63,151 nt of DNA, filler included, from Octopus bimaculoides (GCF_001194135.2; 6 parts of 6 records of this genome joined end to end with filler, not necessarily neighbours in it), one strand, 5' to 3'. Positions 47,836 to 62,840 are shown, numbered from the whole stretch's first letter. The notes: generated by a model from the letters alone, not told the origin. A program made the numbers and translations.

Positions 47836-47952
47836 GTTTCTCTGTTGCTCACTCTCTCTTTCACTCTCCTTCTCCCCACTCTCTCTTTCTCTCATTCTCT
47901 GTCAAACACACACACAAACACATGAACACACACACACACAAACACATACACA

Positions 47953-48014
<62 letters not shown>

Positions 48015-48735
48015 CGGGCTAGCTATTTCTCGCTCACGCAAACCATAACTTACCCTCCTCAAATTAACGGACACATGCTTATTAAACTTCCTGTTTTGCT
48101 TTCGCCAGATCTCTGCTCCCATCTGACACCTATCTATTACCCATACATCCCGTCCACTTTCTTATATCGTATTGTCATCAGTGGGTTATTATTTTTGATG
48201 TTTTTTTTTTCATTTATATGTTTATTTATGTTTAACCTATTTCTTATATTGTAATTATTTTTATTTCATTATTTTTATTTCTTCATCTAGTGTCCACTCA
48301 GGAACTGACGTCTTTTTATAACACTCGGGTCCATACACAGGATGGGACGTCGTGTCGTTTGCTCTCGTCCAACCAATATAGACTATAGCCTAGTTTATTT
48401 TTAGAGCACATAAACTCTTCCCAACAACCGCATATCTTGCGCTTGCATTCAGTCGTACATACGTACTGACAAAAATACATGTCTACTAACGATCCAACCA
48501 ATTCAAAAACCGATATGCCCATCATTCAGTACGAGCCAGAATTATCATTCTACTCTTATAAGAATGATAAACTACGTACTTAACATTTCCAGCGGTCACA
48601 TTTAGTATACACGCACGCACACAACCACCACGTCATTCTTTCATTCATACCTACCTACCCAGCCACCTACCTACCTACCTACCTACCTACAAACATGCAC
48701 GCACACACACATACAAACAGATACACATGTATATG

Positions 48736-48780
<45 letters not shown>

Positions 48781-49069
48781 GTGTGTGTGTGAGTGTGTGC
48801 ATACTCGTTTTGCTCTGCCGTTTGACTTCCCGTTTAAAATTAATTAGTCAAAGCGACACCGACCGGAATTCAGTCTAGGGGACCTTCTAAAATTGCTTGA
48901 CCTCTTAAAATCGTCTCAGATCTGAAGAACCTCTAAAGTGTAGGCCGGTGCCGTTTCTCCCATTCTGTGTATTAACTTATGCACAAGCACATTATATAGA
49001 ACGATCTTTTTTTTTTGTTTTAGATTTAGAGATAGATAACCTATCTTTTTTTAGTCAATATACTTCGTC

Positions 49070-49103
<34 letters not shown>

Positions 49104-49425
49104 TTGTGCGAGAGTATCACGTATGTGTATGAGTTCGTGTGTGCGAATAAGTGATGATCAGTTCGTTTCTCCTCTATCTTTTTCTTCTTTCAGTGATTAG
49201 ACTGCGGCCACGCTGGGGTACCACCATGAAAGACTGTAGTCGAACTAATCGACTCCAGTACTTGTGTCCCCTTTTTTTTAAAGCCTGGTAAAATTCTACC
49301 GCCCCCTTTTGTGAACCTCTAGGTTACGTAGATTTAAAGAGACTAACACCAGTTGTCAAGCGATGGTCGGGGACAAATATAGATACACAAATACACACAC
49401 GCTCATAAACACATGCATATATATA

Positions 49426-49463
<38 letters not shown>

Positions 49464-50617
49464 CATTTCTTTCAGTTTCCGTCTACTAAATCCAATCATA
49501 AGACTTTCGTGGGCCTGGAGTAATAGCACTAGCCGAAGGTTCCTCACAGTGGGACTGAACCCGGCGCCATGTAATCTGGAAGCAAACTTCTTACCTCACA
49601 GCCACACCTGTACTTTATTACCTTTGTATTAATTCTTGAAGACTATAAAATTTTTCGTATGAAATACTGCACAAGCAATGTAGTATTCTAATTTCATTTC
49701 TGAAACTATTCTATAAAATGTATTTTTTAAAAAAGCGTTCCTGGTAACCAAAACCAAACAGACCAAATGACTAGTTCATTTGCATTTGTGAGGGTAGTGT
49801 AAACTAGAAACAGAACAAATCTGTCAACGGATTTTGTTCATAAAACATTGTCATTTGATCTTCTTATGCTTGTAGCAGAAAAATGTAACAGGTTTTATTA
49901 ACCAATCAAGGAATACTAACTTGTCGGCCATCTTGGTAATAGAAGCATCTACATGCGTTTTATGCGCCTTGCCCTATCACTCGAAACGGCCCAGTTTCAG
50001 AAGCCTACAGTTACCACCTCTTTTCGTACACAATCGTTAACAACTTTCTCTCAGTCCATGATCGAAAATTCGTGTTTATTTATGGCTGCCTAAATGCTAT
50101 ATATGTATCACATAAGAATTATCGAATCAACTGATACCAACCTGAATATACACATAATATATTTCTTGATAAAATTATCTAAATGTTTTTATTTTTAATT
50201 AAATATTTTATTGTTGAACAAGTCAATTGTCAACGTAAGAATTACTGCACAACACATAGGTTGCTGTTTTCTTTGCTTGACATGCCATAACATAAATAAG
50301 AGATTGTTTATCGACGTTTAGTGGTAAAGTCTACATATCTATCGACCCGCCGCTGCTATAAGTAAACTTGCATTTGCAGTATTTAAACTAAATTTTAGAG
50401 GAGAGGGAAATTTCCCATATTTATTTGCATTTTTCCGTGGAATTACGGATTCTATGTGTCAGTTTTTCTAGCACGTAAATGTAAAACAAGGTGGAAAAAT
50501 AAATACTAGAATACCAATGGTACAAAAATATGATTTTTGCACGATCACAACTGTCCGACGAGCAGTAACGTGAAACTTTGAGTAATAGTTTGTGACGAGT
50601 TTTTCGGGTTCCATAAA

Positions 50618-50686
<69 letters not shown>

Positions 50687-51025
50687 GTATGTGTATGCAT
50701 GTGTGTATGTATGTGTGAGCGCATGTGTGTGCATTCATGCGTATGTCACTTCTTCAGTTCACACCGCTTACTTAAGAGATTGTGTTATTGTTAATGTCTT
50801 GCGAACAAACATTTCAAAGAATAGTAATCGATAAATAGAATCCTAGAGGGAAATATATACTAAAGATAGATATAATCTACTACACCCTTCAATGCAATCC
50901 ACTAGCTTGGCCAAAGTCCAGTGAGAGAACCAGCAAAAGAATAAAAGATTATGTGCGTGTGTATTAGCAGAAACACACGCATACAGACATATATACAGAC
51001 ATATACATATACATATATCTGGTTA

Positions 51026-51108
<83 letters not shown>

Positions 51109-51551
51109 ATATATATATATATTGTTTTTCTTTATAACTCTCATAATGGCACTGTGGTTGTGGGCCAAGAGTTTAGCTTCCGGAAGAAGGTTCATTGTGG
51201 CTTATTAGCAGAGCTTTCATTTCACAGATCTGCTCGGTGTCAAATTGCGAGGTGGGGAAGTGCTGCAACAGAGAATAGTAAAAATATAAAATAAAACCCT
51301 CACTGACTCAGATCTTAAGTACTTGACCCAAGGTCAGCACTCACCATGAGGAGCTCATTATTAACCATTTTATTCTCACAGGCAATCCAATTATAATCTT
51401 GTATACTGAGTGGGACAGAGTGAGTCAGAATGGGTTAGAGTGGGACGGACATCTCTCCCAATTATCACAAGACATACACATTGAGAGGGGTGCATTAAGA
51501 CAAGCATAGATGCTTTTATATATTTTATGAATGTATGCGTGATTGTCTATG

Positions 51552-51586
<35 letters not shown>

Positions 51587-52566
51587 NNNNNNNNNNNNNN
51601 NNNNNNNNNNNNNNNNNNNNNNNNNNNNNNNNNNNNNNNNNNNNNNNNNNNNNNNNNNNNNNNNNNNNNNNNNNNNNNNNNNNNNNNNNNNNNNNNNNNN
51701 NNNNNNNNNNNNNNNNNNNNNNNNNNNNNNNNNNNNNNNNNNNNNNNNNNNNNNNNNNNNNNNNNNNNNNNNNNNNNNNNNNNNNNNNNNNNNNNNNNNN
51801 NNNNNNNNNNNNNNNNNNNNNNNNNNNNNNNNNNNNNNNNNNNNNNNNNNNNNNNNNNNNNNNNNNNNNNNNNNNNNNNNNNNNNNNNNNNNNNNNNNNN
51901 NNNNNNNNNNNNNNNNNNNNNNNNNNNNNNNNNNNNNNNNNNNNNNNNNNNNNNNNNNNNNNNNNNNNNNNNNNNNNNNNNNNNNNNNNNNNNNNNNNNN
52001 NNNNNNNNNNNNNNNNNNNNNNTATATATATGGGAGAATATACAAAAAATAACAACAGACGAGGACAGGTGGTGTAAATAACAAAAGTATATATTAGTAT
52101 GACGCTCGGGAATACGGAACACACACACACCACGCACATCACTCTGTATAGATATTATCGTGTGTACGTGTGCGTGCGTGTGTGTGTACGTGTGCGTGCG
52201 TGTGTGTGTATGTGCTTTTGGGATTTAAGATTTTTAACGTCTATGTTACCAGACTGAAACATACGAATTTATTCAGGAGTCTAAACAAACGCTACGCATG
52301 CGTGCACACACACCTACGCATACGCATAATCACGTAATATATAAATAAATATATATATACTCTTTTACTTTTTTACTTGTTGCAGTCATTTGACTGTGGC
52401 CATACTGGAGCACCGCTTTTAGTCGAGCAAATGGACCCCAGGCCTTATTCTTTGTAAGTCTATTACTTATTCCATCGGCCTCTTTTTGCCGAACCGCTAA
52501 ATTACGGGACGTAAACACACCAGAATCGGTTGTCAAGCGATAGTGGGGGAACAGACACAGACACAC

Positions 52567-52604
<38 letters not shown>

Positions 52605-53114
52605 ATACATATATATGACGGGTTTCTTTCAGTTTCCGTCTACCAAATCCACTCACAAGGCTTTGGTCGGCCCGAGGCTATAGTAGAAGACACTTGCCCA
52701 CGGTGCCACGCAGTGGGACTGAACCCGGAACCATGTGGTTGTTAAGCAAGCTACTTATGTGAAAATATGTGACAATTATTCGGTAGCCATTATAAAACTC
52801 CGAGTTTCGGATGCCAGGGCGGAAACCCAATGACCGTTAAATAAAGGGAAACTATAGTCTGGTTGACCGTTATTAAGACAAAAGAGCTATTAGTATGACC
52901 GTTAAGTGAGGGTAGGGAGTCAAGGTGAGGGAGTAAAAAAAGTCTATAGTATTCGCGTAAGCGCGCCATTCCATACGTACACATGCACGCCCGCACACCC
53001 ACGTACATGTGCCTATATGTATATACTCATCCACCCTCGCTTGAAACACAGATATGCTCACCTCCACATTCGCCAAATATATATATATATATATACCCGC
53101 ATACACGTCCCCCC

Positions 53115-53153
<39 letters not shown>

Positions 53154-53879
53154 CGTACTATATATGATCCCTGAAAACTGTATGACTGTTACTTATCAGT
53201 CTCAGAGACACCATCGAATTCAATAATATTTTGTGCAGTTTCTATTGAGCAGAAAGGTAATTTCTTACGATAAATAGTAATAAACTAATATTTAAAAGTT
53301 GACTATTATTCTGGGTAGGCAAATGATAGGCAAAAAATAATTATATATAGATTATATGAATGATATGCTCCAATTTTCATGCGTTCCTTGAATTTATATG
53401 TTGGTCAGATTGTTAAATGCTAACATATGAGTTGAAATATTTTTAAAGGAAAAAATATCTCCTCGAGAGAAAATATATTATGATTTTTCCAATTCTAAAG
53501 CAAAAGGCATTTATCAAGTATGATCTTCCTGATTGAAAAGCCCCAGCAGTTTATAATGCTGAAAACGTTAACTTCAAAAAGAGGTTACAAAATTCAAGAA
53601 ATATCGTACTTAATCATGGTTATGTATGTGGATTAATCGAGCTATTTTAAGGTATGGTACTGGGGTAAAATGTTGAACTTGTAGGAATGCAACTGAAAAA
53701 TGAGTAATTGGAAAATAAATTAACATGATCTGACAAAGACAAAAACAGGGGAGAGAAATAGTTCAACTGAAGAATATACTATGATTAAAACACTGCCTAG
53801 CAAAATACAGACAAGAAACATCGTATTTATTATTCATTTGTTATTGACGTAAATAGAAATAATTTACAAATTTTAGCGA

Positions 53880-54365
53880 GAAAATTTTCGTTGCTGCAAA
53901 CTTTTACTTTTTCAATATTTACAGATATTTGCGATGTTGCAACTCGTAAATCGTCTTCGAGACGAATATCTGTCAATCTTGACTTAGTTTTCGACTTTAT
54001 TATTTTCATTCGAGAAAAACATTTTGTTCGCATTTATGCGTACTACCAAACAAGGCAGCATATTCTCTAGCGAACTAGATTATTATTTTCTTTAGGAAAA
54101 TTCCATAAAACAGCAATAAACGTTCGCCTTTAAATTTTTTCAGAAGAAATTCATCGCTCCGAAGCTCAATTATTCCCATTAGCAGTTTCTTTCGTGCTAT
54201 CTTTTCAACATCAGCATTAAATGGATTTCTAAAATAGCTAAACTCAGCTTCTCTAACTTTGTAGTCCTTAAATTTGGTATCCATTTCATTTAACTCCTCA
54301 ACAACATCACTGCCCCTAGACTCCGTGTGATTGGCTACAGTGGGGAAAAGGAAAACTACAATCAT
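53880..54365 (-). mobile_element. hAT (Charlie/SPIN, GTF2IRD2-like) transposase C-terminal fossil
   Basis: ..FSYFRNPFNADVE..IIELRSD..; FGSTHKCEQ-(frameshift)-FSRMKIIKSKTKSRLTDIRLEDDLRVATSQI. This is the hAT dimerisation domain. Confidence 0.75.
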
Positions 54366-55137
54366 CGTACGTAGATTATCTCACATGTGAAGTTTAATTC
54401 TTGCTTCAAAAGCTTACTCATGAATCAAATGATTTCGCATTTGCCATTTTGAATTGAGATCATAGAAATTGGTAGTGATATCTACGCGCTCGCACACAGA
54501 AAATCACAAATATAAACACACATTAAAACAAAAAAAAAAAAAAAGAAAGTGCTTTGAAAACTTTATCAAACAAAAGAAAGCGAATATTTATATCATTATC
54601 AAAATATGCTAATGGTAACGATGGAAAAGGGAAAATAAATTGAAATAAATCAAATTAAATTAAGCATTTATGATGTCAGTTTTCGAATTTCACATATTTT
54701 TTTTGTTCCAAGTTTCATATAGTGCTGGTAGTCGGTTTCCTTTTGATGGCTGCTGAGTGGTACTAGAAGTAGTGACAGTTTAAGCAGTGTACTTGACGTT
54801 TGTTCCTTAATGGGGATGTTGTTACTAAGGTGTGGTTATTACAAGTAGCAGCAGCAATGGTAGTGGCCGGAGTAGTGGTGGGTGTATCAGTCCCACTAAT
54901 AGCAGTAGCAGCTGGCTAGCAGTAAACATTCTCGTTTGTCTCTAATTGGAAGAATGTATTTCGCGATGAGTTTTGTGGCGTCCGATATGAAGGACTACAC
55001 ATCATTTGTTTTTTCTTCATACTTTGAAATAAAAATTAATTCCTGGTACATCACAAATTATTCTGATAGTAAGGTTGAATAAGCGTTTTAAAAGCACGAG
55101 AACTCAGCGTTGCCGTTCACAAAATCCTTTTCGATCA

Positions 55138-55176
<39 letters not shown>

Positions 55177-56079
55177 TACTGAGGCGGTGAGCAAGTACAG
55201 TCATTAGCGTGCCGGACACAATGCTCAGCGGCATCTCGTCTGTCTTTACGTTCTAATTTGAAAATCCGCTGAGATTGAACTTGCCATTCACCCACTCGGG
55301 TTCAATGAAACAAGCATCAGTTTCGTAAACAAAGTGGAATTCCAGTAAAGGATGCTGACTATCGTCGAAACTTAAGTTATTTATTTATTTATTTTTTGCT
55401 AAATTAAAAGATTATCCATCGTCACTTATAGTGATCATGGTAACACCTTCTAATAGAAACATACTTTTTGTATTGGAGTTTTTCTGCTAACACAATGCTA
55501 AATAAGTCATATATTGCTTACATCTTCATTGACGTTACTGCACCATTCATAGGGATACGACTGATCATTAGAATCACTTCTGTTGAATTTGCAAGATATC
55601 GTAAGAAAAACAGCTGAAAAATATATTTATACACAATGCTTCCTTTTCTTATGGCAGTTAAACGGCAATCTCATTCATACATAGACACATACTCACACAT
55701 ACATATATGTATGCATATGTATATAGATGTATATGAATGTAGATGTGTATGCATTGTGCACACATGAATGTGTGTGTGTGTGTGTGTGAAAAGAGAGGTA
55801 AAAAAATAGAAGTAAATGGTACCACACACTGGAAAATACCAAACAAAATGTGTAACTCAAAATTCATATGAATAAATAAATTACCGAATACATTCAATAT
55901 TGAAAATGTCAGTAAGAAAATTGACATTGCTAAAGATGTCACTATAGTTGCATATATATTATTATATATTCATAAACGTACGAATACATATATATATACT
56001 ATAGTGGTGAAAGTGAGAAATCATGACTGTTTATTCATGGACCAGTCCCTCTCTATTTCTGTGTGTGTATATTTGTATG

Positions 56080-56324
56080 TGTGGTGAATTGAGACCTGAA
56101 GGAGCAAAAGAATGAAGGGAGAAGATTAATTTCTGTTCACAGCAGAGTCGAGAGCCCAGGTGGCTTCTGCGCAGAGACAGTCCGAACACAGACAGATGTA
56201 GCGAATGATCAGTGGAACGGAAGTGGTGTGCAACTAGGGTGTCATTTCCGCGTCAGATGTCTCCGGGGTGATCAGTGAACAAGTCAGCATCAATGTACAA
56301 AGAAGACAGAGAGAGCAAGGGATA
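56080..56324 (-). mobile_element. Second, more decayed Penelope-like GIY-YIG C-terminal fragment
   Basis: Similar at nucleotide level to 3111-3260. Translates ..NDTLVAHHFRSTDHSLHLSVFGLSL..EQKLIFSLHSFAPSGLN. Confidence 0.7.
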
Positions 56325-56659
56325 NNNNNNNNNNNNNNNNNNNNNNNNNNNNNNNNNNNNNNNNNNNNNNNNNNNNNNNNNNNNNNNNNNNNNNNNNNNN
56401 NNNNNNNNNNNNNNNNNNNNNNNNNNNNNNNNNNNNNNNNNNNNNNNNNNNNNNNNNNNNNNNNNNNNNNNNNTATATATATGCGCGCATGTGTGCATAT
56501 GTATTTATCTATGTATATATGATTGCAGGCATATACATGTCGCTAACTCGCGGAAAAGCTGAAAAGACTGATTGAAAACTCGCAAGATTTTAAACGCGGC
56601 CCCATGAAGTGAGCAAAAGCGTATTTGGAAAGCAGAACAGAGTGACAGTAGTATACGCT

Positions 56660-57271
56660 GGATCGGGGGGGAAATAACTGGATTTCATTGTTTATGGTTG
56701 TCTTATCTTTACCAAGGTAGAATACATTCCACAGGCATGATAGGGTTAAGACATATATACACTGGTAGCCATGTCAGTTTTATTGAATGCCAGCTTGAAA
56801 TAGTTGGTGGAGGCATACACCATAAAAGATTGCAATCAATTACATAGCGACAATACTTTGAGTTATGCCCATACACCCACAGATTTCAAATGTAATCAAC
56901 TAGATTTTGTTGTGAGGATTTACCAGAAAAAGAAATGCATTCTAGTCGATTCCTACCAATGATAATGCATTTCTCAAAGAAATGGAGAAACTATTCAAAT
57001 GTGATAATGTGGAAATAGTGATATCTCAAACGTGAAAGGTGAAAGTGGAAACAATCTCCTTAATAAAAAGCAACTTCAGAATGATGAGAAAGGAGGCAGG
57101 CAAATTTATAGTCAAAACACCAGGACTTACAAATTTGCACAACATACCGAAAACAGCACTTCTAATCGATGCACTTATTTTTAAGTAGAGTTCATTCAAT
57201 ACATTAGAAAGAACAAAATAAGCACTAGCTGTATTGAAATGAAATCATATAAAAGATAAGATTAATGAATG

Positions 57272-57349
<78 letters not shown>

Positions 57350-57350
57350 T
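56660..57350 (+). mobile_element. Decayed R4/Dong-like 3' end with (TAA)n tail
   Basis: Remnants of EY..RHD.V, a MPIH..D.VV..CILVD (RLE-like) stretch and KTPGLT, followed by a (TAA)n array at ~57265-57348. Confidence 0.55.
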
Positions 57351-57740
57351 TTTCTGCTATAGGCACAGTGCCTGAAATTTTGGGGAGTGGACTAGTCGAT
57401 TNNNNNNNNNNNNNNNNNNNNNNNNNNNNNNNNNNNNNNNNNNNNNNNNNNNNNNNNNNNNNNNNNNNNNNNNNNNNNNNNNNNNNNNNNNNNNNNNNNN
57501 NNNNNNNNNNNNNNNNNNNNNNNNNNNNNNNNNNNNNNNNNNNNNNNNNNNNNNNNNNNNNNNNNNNNNNNNNNNNNNNNNNNNNNNNNNNNNNNNNNNN
57601 NNNNNNNNNNNNNNNNNNNNNNNNNNNNNNNNNNNNNNNNNNNNNNNNNNNNNNNNNNNNNNNNNNNNNNNNNNNNNNNNNNNNNNNNNNNNNNNNNNNN
57701 NNNNNNNNNNNNNNNNNNNNNNNNNNNNNNNNNNNNNNNN

Positions 57741-57992
57741 NAACAATTCCTATCATAGTAGGTGCCTTAGGTATAATAAAAACATATTCAGACAAATACA
57801 TAACAAAAACACCAGGACTTACAAATATATATAACATACAGAAAATTGCACTACTGGACACAGCACACATCCTATGCAAAACACTTTCAATACAGTAACC
57901 ATAAGAGCACCACAGCAAACCACAGCACATACCCAAGGCGCACAGAGCTGCGCTCGGTAGTGAAGTGAAAGCACGTTATAAAAATAAAACTA

Positions 57993-58040
<48 letters not shown>
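57741..58040 (+). mobile_element. R4/Dong-like 3' end with (TAA)n tail
   Basis: Open frame TIPIIVGALGIIK..NIQKIALLDTAHILCKTLSIQ*, a short 3' UTR, then (TAA)n at ~57996-58038. Confidence 0.75.
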
Positions 58041-58059
<19 letters not shown>

Positions 58060-59891
58060 TTTTCTTCTGAAGTTCACAGGAAGTAAAGTTAGTCGATATC
58101 AGAATTACATTAAAATTTATTCCTATTCCCTCTGTAAATATGAAAGGCAAAGTTGACCATGCCGGAATTTAAAACTGCAAGAAATACTGTAAGACATATT
58201 CCGACGGGTAACAAGTTTGCCAGTTCACTACCCTTTGCTCGATAGGCAGTGTAATTAAATCAATTACAACATCAATGCCATGCAAAAGTGGAATAATAGT
58301 GCACGTATTATAATTGCATGTGGCTACTTGCTGTCATGTAATCATGTTAGGGTAAGATTTCCGAAAATGTGATACGACGAAGAGAGTGTGTGAGCAACAG
58401 CAACAGAAGTAAAATGTGAGTGGGAATTACAATATTTATTAAACCTCTCGCACAAAGAGTAAGAATGTGAGATTTAAAATGAGAGGGTGGTTGGATTATG
58501 AGGTATTTTGTTGCATTAAGCGGAACGAAAACTCGAAACAGTCTCAATATACTGATACATTTGAATGGAAAACAGAAATATTTCACTGGCAGTTTTACTA
58601 TGGATAAGAATATCTGGAATAATGATAACTATATGTAAATTTGCTAAAATTAAATACTATTGCAATACATTTGTAATTTGATTTTATAACTGTCCCTAAG
58701 CTGTTCAGTAGATCACAGCAAAATATTAGAAGCTATCTTTTTCAACTGAGCAATTGGTTATGTGTTTAAAGACCAACGCTGTTGTTATGCACTATAACAT
58801 TTAAAACTTATTGGTATACGAGGTTTGAAAGTGTAGGAAACAAATTTATTAATATTTTCACTCATAATTTCGAACAGAAAAACACCATTCTTAAAACTAT
58901 TTTAAAAACTACGATCAATTTTTAGGACACGTACTCAAAAGTAATATCACTTATCAAACGCAACACTCATGTGTACAATTCTCAACAATGAATGATTCTA
59001 TTGCATACGTACATCGTATTCATATTCAACCTTGGAAAGATATTATTTGTACAGAGATACTCATTGACGTAAACTAATAAAACTTGTGATGTAAAAGAAC
59101 GTACAGAATTCTCTATCAGCGAGAATCTTTACTATTTTAACACGGCTGAATATCAAAAGTGATGATGTCTATATTTTTTGTATATATTCATCCGATGATA
59201 CATAGAAAAACGGGCGCATATATATACGTATAACATATTTTCATGTATTTATGTATGTAGTTACGACTGCATTAACACACACGCATACACACGCGCATAC
59301 ACATATACGCACACACACACACACACACACACACATTATATACTATAACAAGAGTTTGGCTATAAGGGTCTCAACACGCTAGCCAAAAGATATATATTAA
59401 TAGATAGATATACGCATACATTCGTAAGCATAGATATGCTGAGTTATTAAATGAGAATGTGTAATGACAATGAGTGTTTACGTTAATGTATTTATGAGTA
59501 TATAGGTGTGTGCATGCGAATGTGTATGTGTATGTGTGTGTGTTTGTGTGTGTCTCTGTGTGTCTGCGTGCATGCGCATGAGCCATGCACTGTGTTTACG
59601 TTTCGAAGCTTAATTTCCTAATATAAAAGATGTAAAGACAAAGTTAATCAAGAAAATAATGTGACAATAAAAATTTTCTGTATGGAATTTGACACTTATC
59701 TGCTGTCGCCATCCATCATTGAACGTATAATGTTGGAAAAGAAGAAAAACGTTGTTTACCTGCAAAAGAAAACAATAAGCGTCTTAGTGACAATAACAAC
59801 AACAACTGAACTGAACAGCAACAATATTTACATCATCAACATCATAATCATCATGGAAATAAACAGCATGAGTATAACTTAAAATTGTGTG

Positions 59892-59934
<43 letters not shown>

Positions 59935-60399
59935 NNNNNNNNNNNNNNNNNNNNNNNNNNNNNNNNNNNNNNNNNNNNTTAATTAATTAANNNNNNNNNN
60001 NNNNNNNNNNNNNNNNNNNNNNNNNNNNNNNNNNATATATATATATATATATACACACAGTGCAAGATTTCACGCGGTTTCCATAGGTTAAATTTGCTCT
60101 CAAGGCAATGGTCGACTCGGCACAACTACTTCTTAACCATTCAGCTATGCCTGCGCCTCCAATGTTAACTACGATAATAGTATCAATAATAATAATATTT
60201 TCTACTAAAGGCACAAGACTTGAAATTTTGGGGGAGGGGCATAGTAGATTACATCGACCCCCAGTGCTCGATGAGAGACAAAGTTGCTCTCGGCGGAATT
60301 TGAACTCAGAACTTTACTACGCACAAATTGCCGCTAATCATTTTGCCCGGCGTGCTAACAACTCTGCCAATGATGATGATGATTATGATGATGATGGTG

Positions 60400-60950
60400 C
60401 AGCACCAGGCCGTGGCTGTGATGGCTTCTGATCTTGATTGATTGAAGGCGTTATCATGTTTTGTCTCGGTATAAAAAAGATGGGCTACAGCAAATATTCT
60501 GCTTAATACCACAGATTTGCTTGTCAGTTGTTTGACTTTAACCAGTTGAGCATTCCCTTGGTGGTTGAAAATATGTGCATCGCTGATCATGAGCTGAAGT
60601 GGTTGGGAAGCATCAAATCCATGTGTTGAGAGGAATCCTTTTTGGTGTGAGCAATTCATCTGTGGAAATATGGGCGTTTTGTTCATCATACTTCAGTAAC
60701 TTTTATTAGAGAACTTTTGAGCCGGATGAGCTATTCGATCTAAAGAAAATTGCAACTGGATCCCACCCGCAAGTTTATGCGCTGTTTACCGTGATATGAG
60801 AACACTATGTCGCGTACCTAGCGTTTTGATGAGTGTGCCTGGTATACACTTATCAGACGGGTAGTCGTGATGGGTATACTGGGTTTCGTATAATTGCACC
60901 CCAGTGTCACTTTGACGATATGCTCTGCTCTCTCACTCAATGATAATAAA
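60400..60950. repeat. Interspersed repeat, probably LINE-derived; family not identified
   Basis: Shares sequence in reverse complement with ~36950-37250 (..GATGCACAT..CTAAGGGA..TGGTTAAGGTCAA..GCAGAATATTTG). Confidence 0.5.
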
Positions 60951-61015
60951 AACTGTATGTATTGATATACAAAAATAATTCAAAAATACTTAGTGTTCTT
61001 CACGTCATTTTGCAG

Positions 61016-62234
61016 ATAATGACATTGCTGTCTTAGAATTGGTGTCACCTGTTCCGAACAACCGATGTATCCAGCCTATAGGCGTACCAAACAAAGGCGA
61101 TACATTCAAAACGCGATGTGTCACTGCTGGATGGGGACAAACTGCAGGTACGTCATGTTAAATTATAAAATTTTATCTCTGGAATTTATAGCCCCAAATA
61201 TGATTTATACATTTATTTATTAACAAAATACTTCATGTTCTTTGCTTTTATTTATCTAGAAAATGGACATTACCCAGACCAGATGAGACGAACAAATATT
61301 GATATCATCCCAAATGATAAATGCCAAAATTACTCTCCTGGCGCCACGGTTGAACAGCATATCTGTGCTGGCGACCTCAAAAGAAATGGCCAAAATATTT
61401 GTAACGTAAGATGACGCATATTCATGATTTCAGATTATAAGCATATTTGTTCCATTTCATATTTTAACTTTTCGTATTCCATCCAACCATGCATCCATCC
61501 ATGCATTCATCCATGCATGCATGCATGCATGCATCCATCGGTCCATCCGTCTTTTCATCTGTCTTCGTCCACTATTTCTGTGAGAGTCGTAGGTGCAGAG
61601 TCCACAGGCATCACTTCCATATGCGGAGTGAAAATCAAGAAAAAAATGCAGTTGTAGTGGTGACTAAAGGAACAAGAGGAGACAACTGTTGAATGTTAGC
61701 TCTCTGATTGTTGTCTGCTATATAAGTGGACTTTCCGATTGTAAACGAAATGTGAGGATTCTGCGATTTCTTGCGCTACAACCTGCACAGCGGATCTGTT
61801 TATGAGGAACAAACATTTGTTAGAGTACATTCGCTCACTCTTTCCATTAAATAGACATTGCCTATACAGAGACACACGGTGTGTACTACACGACAAATGT
61901 GGAAGTGAATGTAAAGTAACGCAAAATGAATTGATTTCCTTAACCGTACAACGTAACCTTTTCTTCCGATCGTCATTTCAATGAGCTAATAATTACGTCA
62001 CTGATCTTTGCTTTCTACAAATACGTTTTATTTTTTTTCTGAATCCCAATGCAACCTGGTGGGAAAAGAAACAGCTAACTAGTGCAGGTACATTTCTCAT
62101 TTATAAGAAACTTAAAATGAATAATTGAGCAGGATTTTATACTTTTAATTTTGAAAATGCGTTACTTTGAACTTACTTTGCGTGTGTGTGTGTCTCTCTC
62201 TGTCTTTGTCTCTGTCTGTATTTTTGTCTGTCTG

Positions 62235-62265
<31 letters not shown>

Positions 62266-62840
62266 TTCTCTCTCTGTCTCTGTCTCGGTCTCTCTCTCTC
62301 TCTGTCTATGTCTTTCTGTCTGTCTGTCTGGTTCTTTCTCTCGCTTTCTCTCTCTCTAAATATATTCATCATTTTGTATGAATTAATCTGTCTCTGTACA
62401 GATATGTTTTTGAATGATACATTTTTTTAACAATTATGTTTTAATGCTTGAATCCTAAGTAGATAAAGTAATAGCCTGCAAATATTGTTTTTAATTCTAA
62501 AAGAATAAACACTTCTGGTGGAAAAATAAAGACTGCCCCACAAGTTTTGATTAATACAATATTTACCGGTTATTTTTAATAAACCTTATTTACTTTGAAA
62601 TCAACTATTTTAAATTAAATTATTTCACGTTCTATAGAAGTTTCTCAATATTTGTCAGATAATGTTTTTCTTATTATTACATAGGGAGATTCTGGCGGTG
62701 GTCTTATCTGCAGGAGAACCTCTGATAACAAATACGTCGTTGCTGGCGTATCTTCTTACGGCTTTGATTGTGATGAAGGATTCGGTGTCTTCACAAACAC
62801 CGCCAATTACAGAGATTTCATTGATGACTATACTACATAG
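61016..62840 (+). CDS. S1 (trypsin/chymotrypsin-fold) serine protease, 3' three exons
   Basis: Exons 61016-61147 (NDIAVLEL..CIQPI..CVTAGWG), 61260-61405 (..KC..HICAG..NICN) and 62685-62840 (GDSGGGLIC..VAGVSSYG..C..GVFT..stop TAG). Catalytic Asp and Ser motifs present. AATAAA at 62876-62881. Exons for the signal peptide and catalytic His were not found. Confidence 0.92.
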
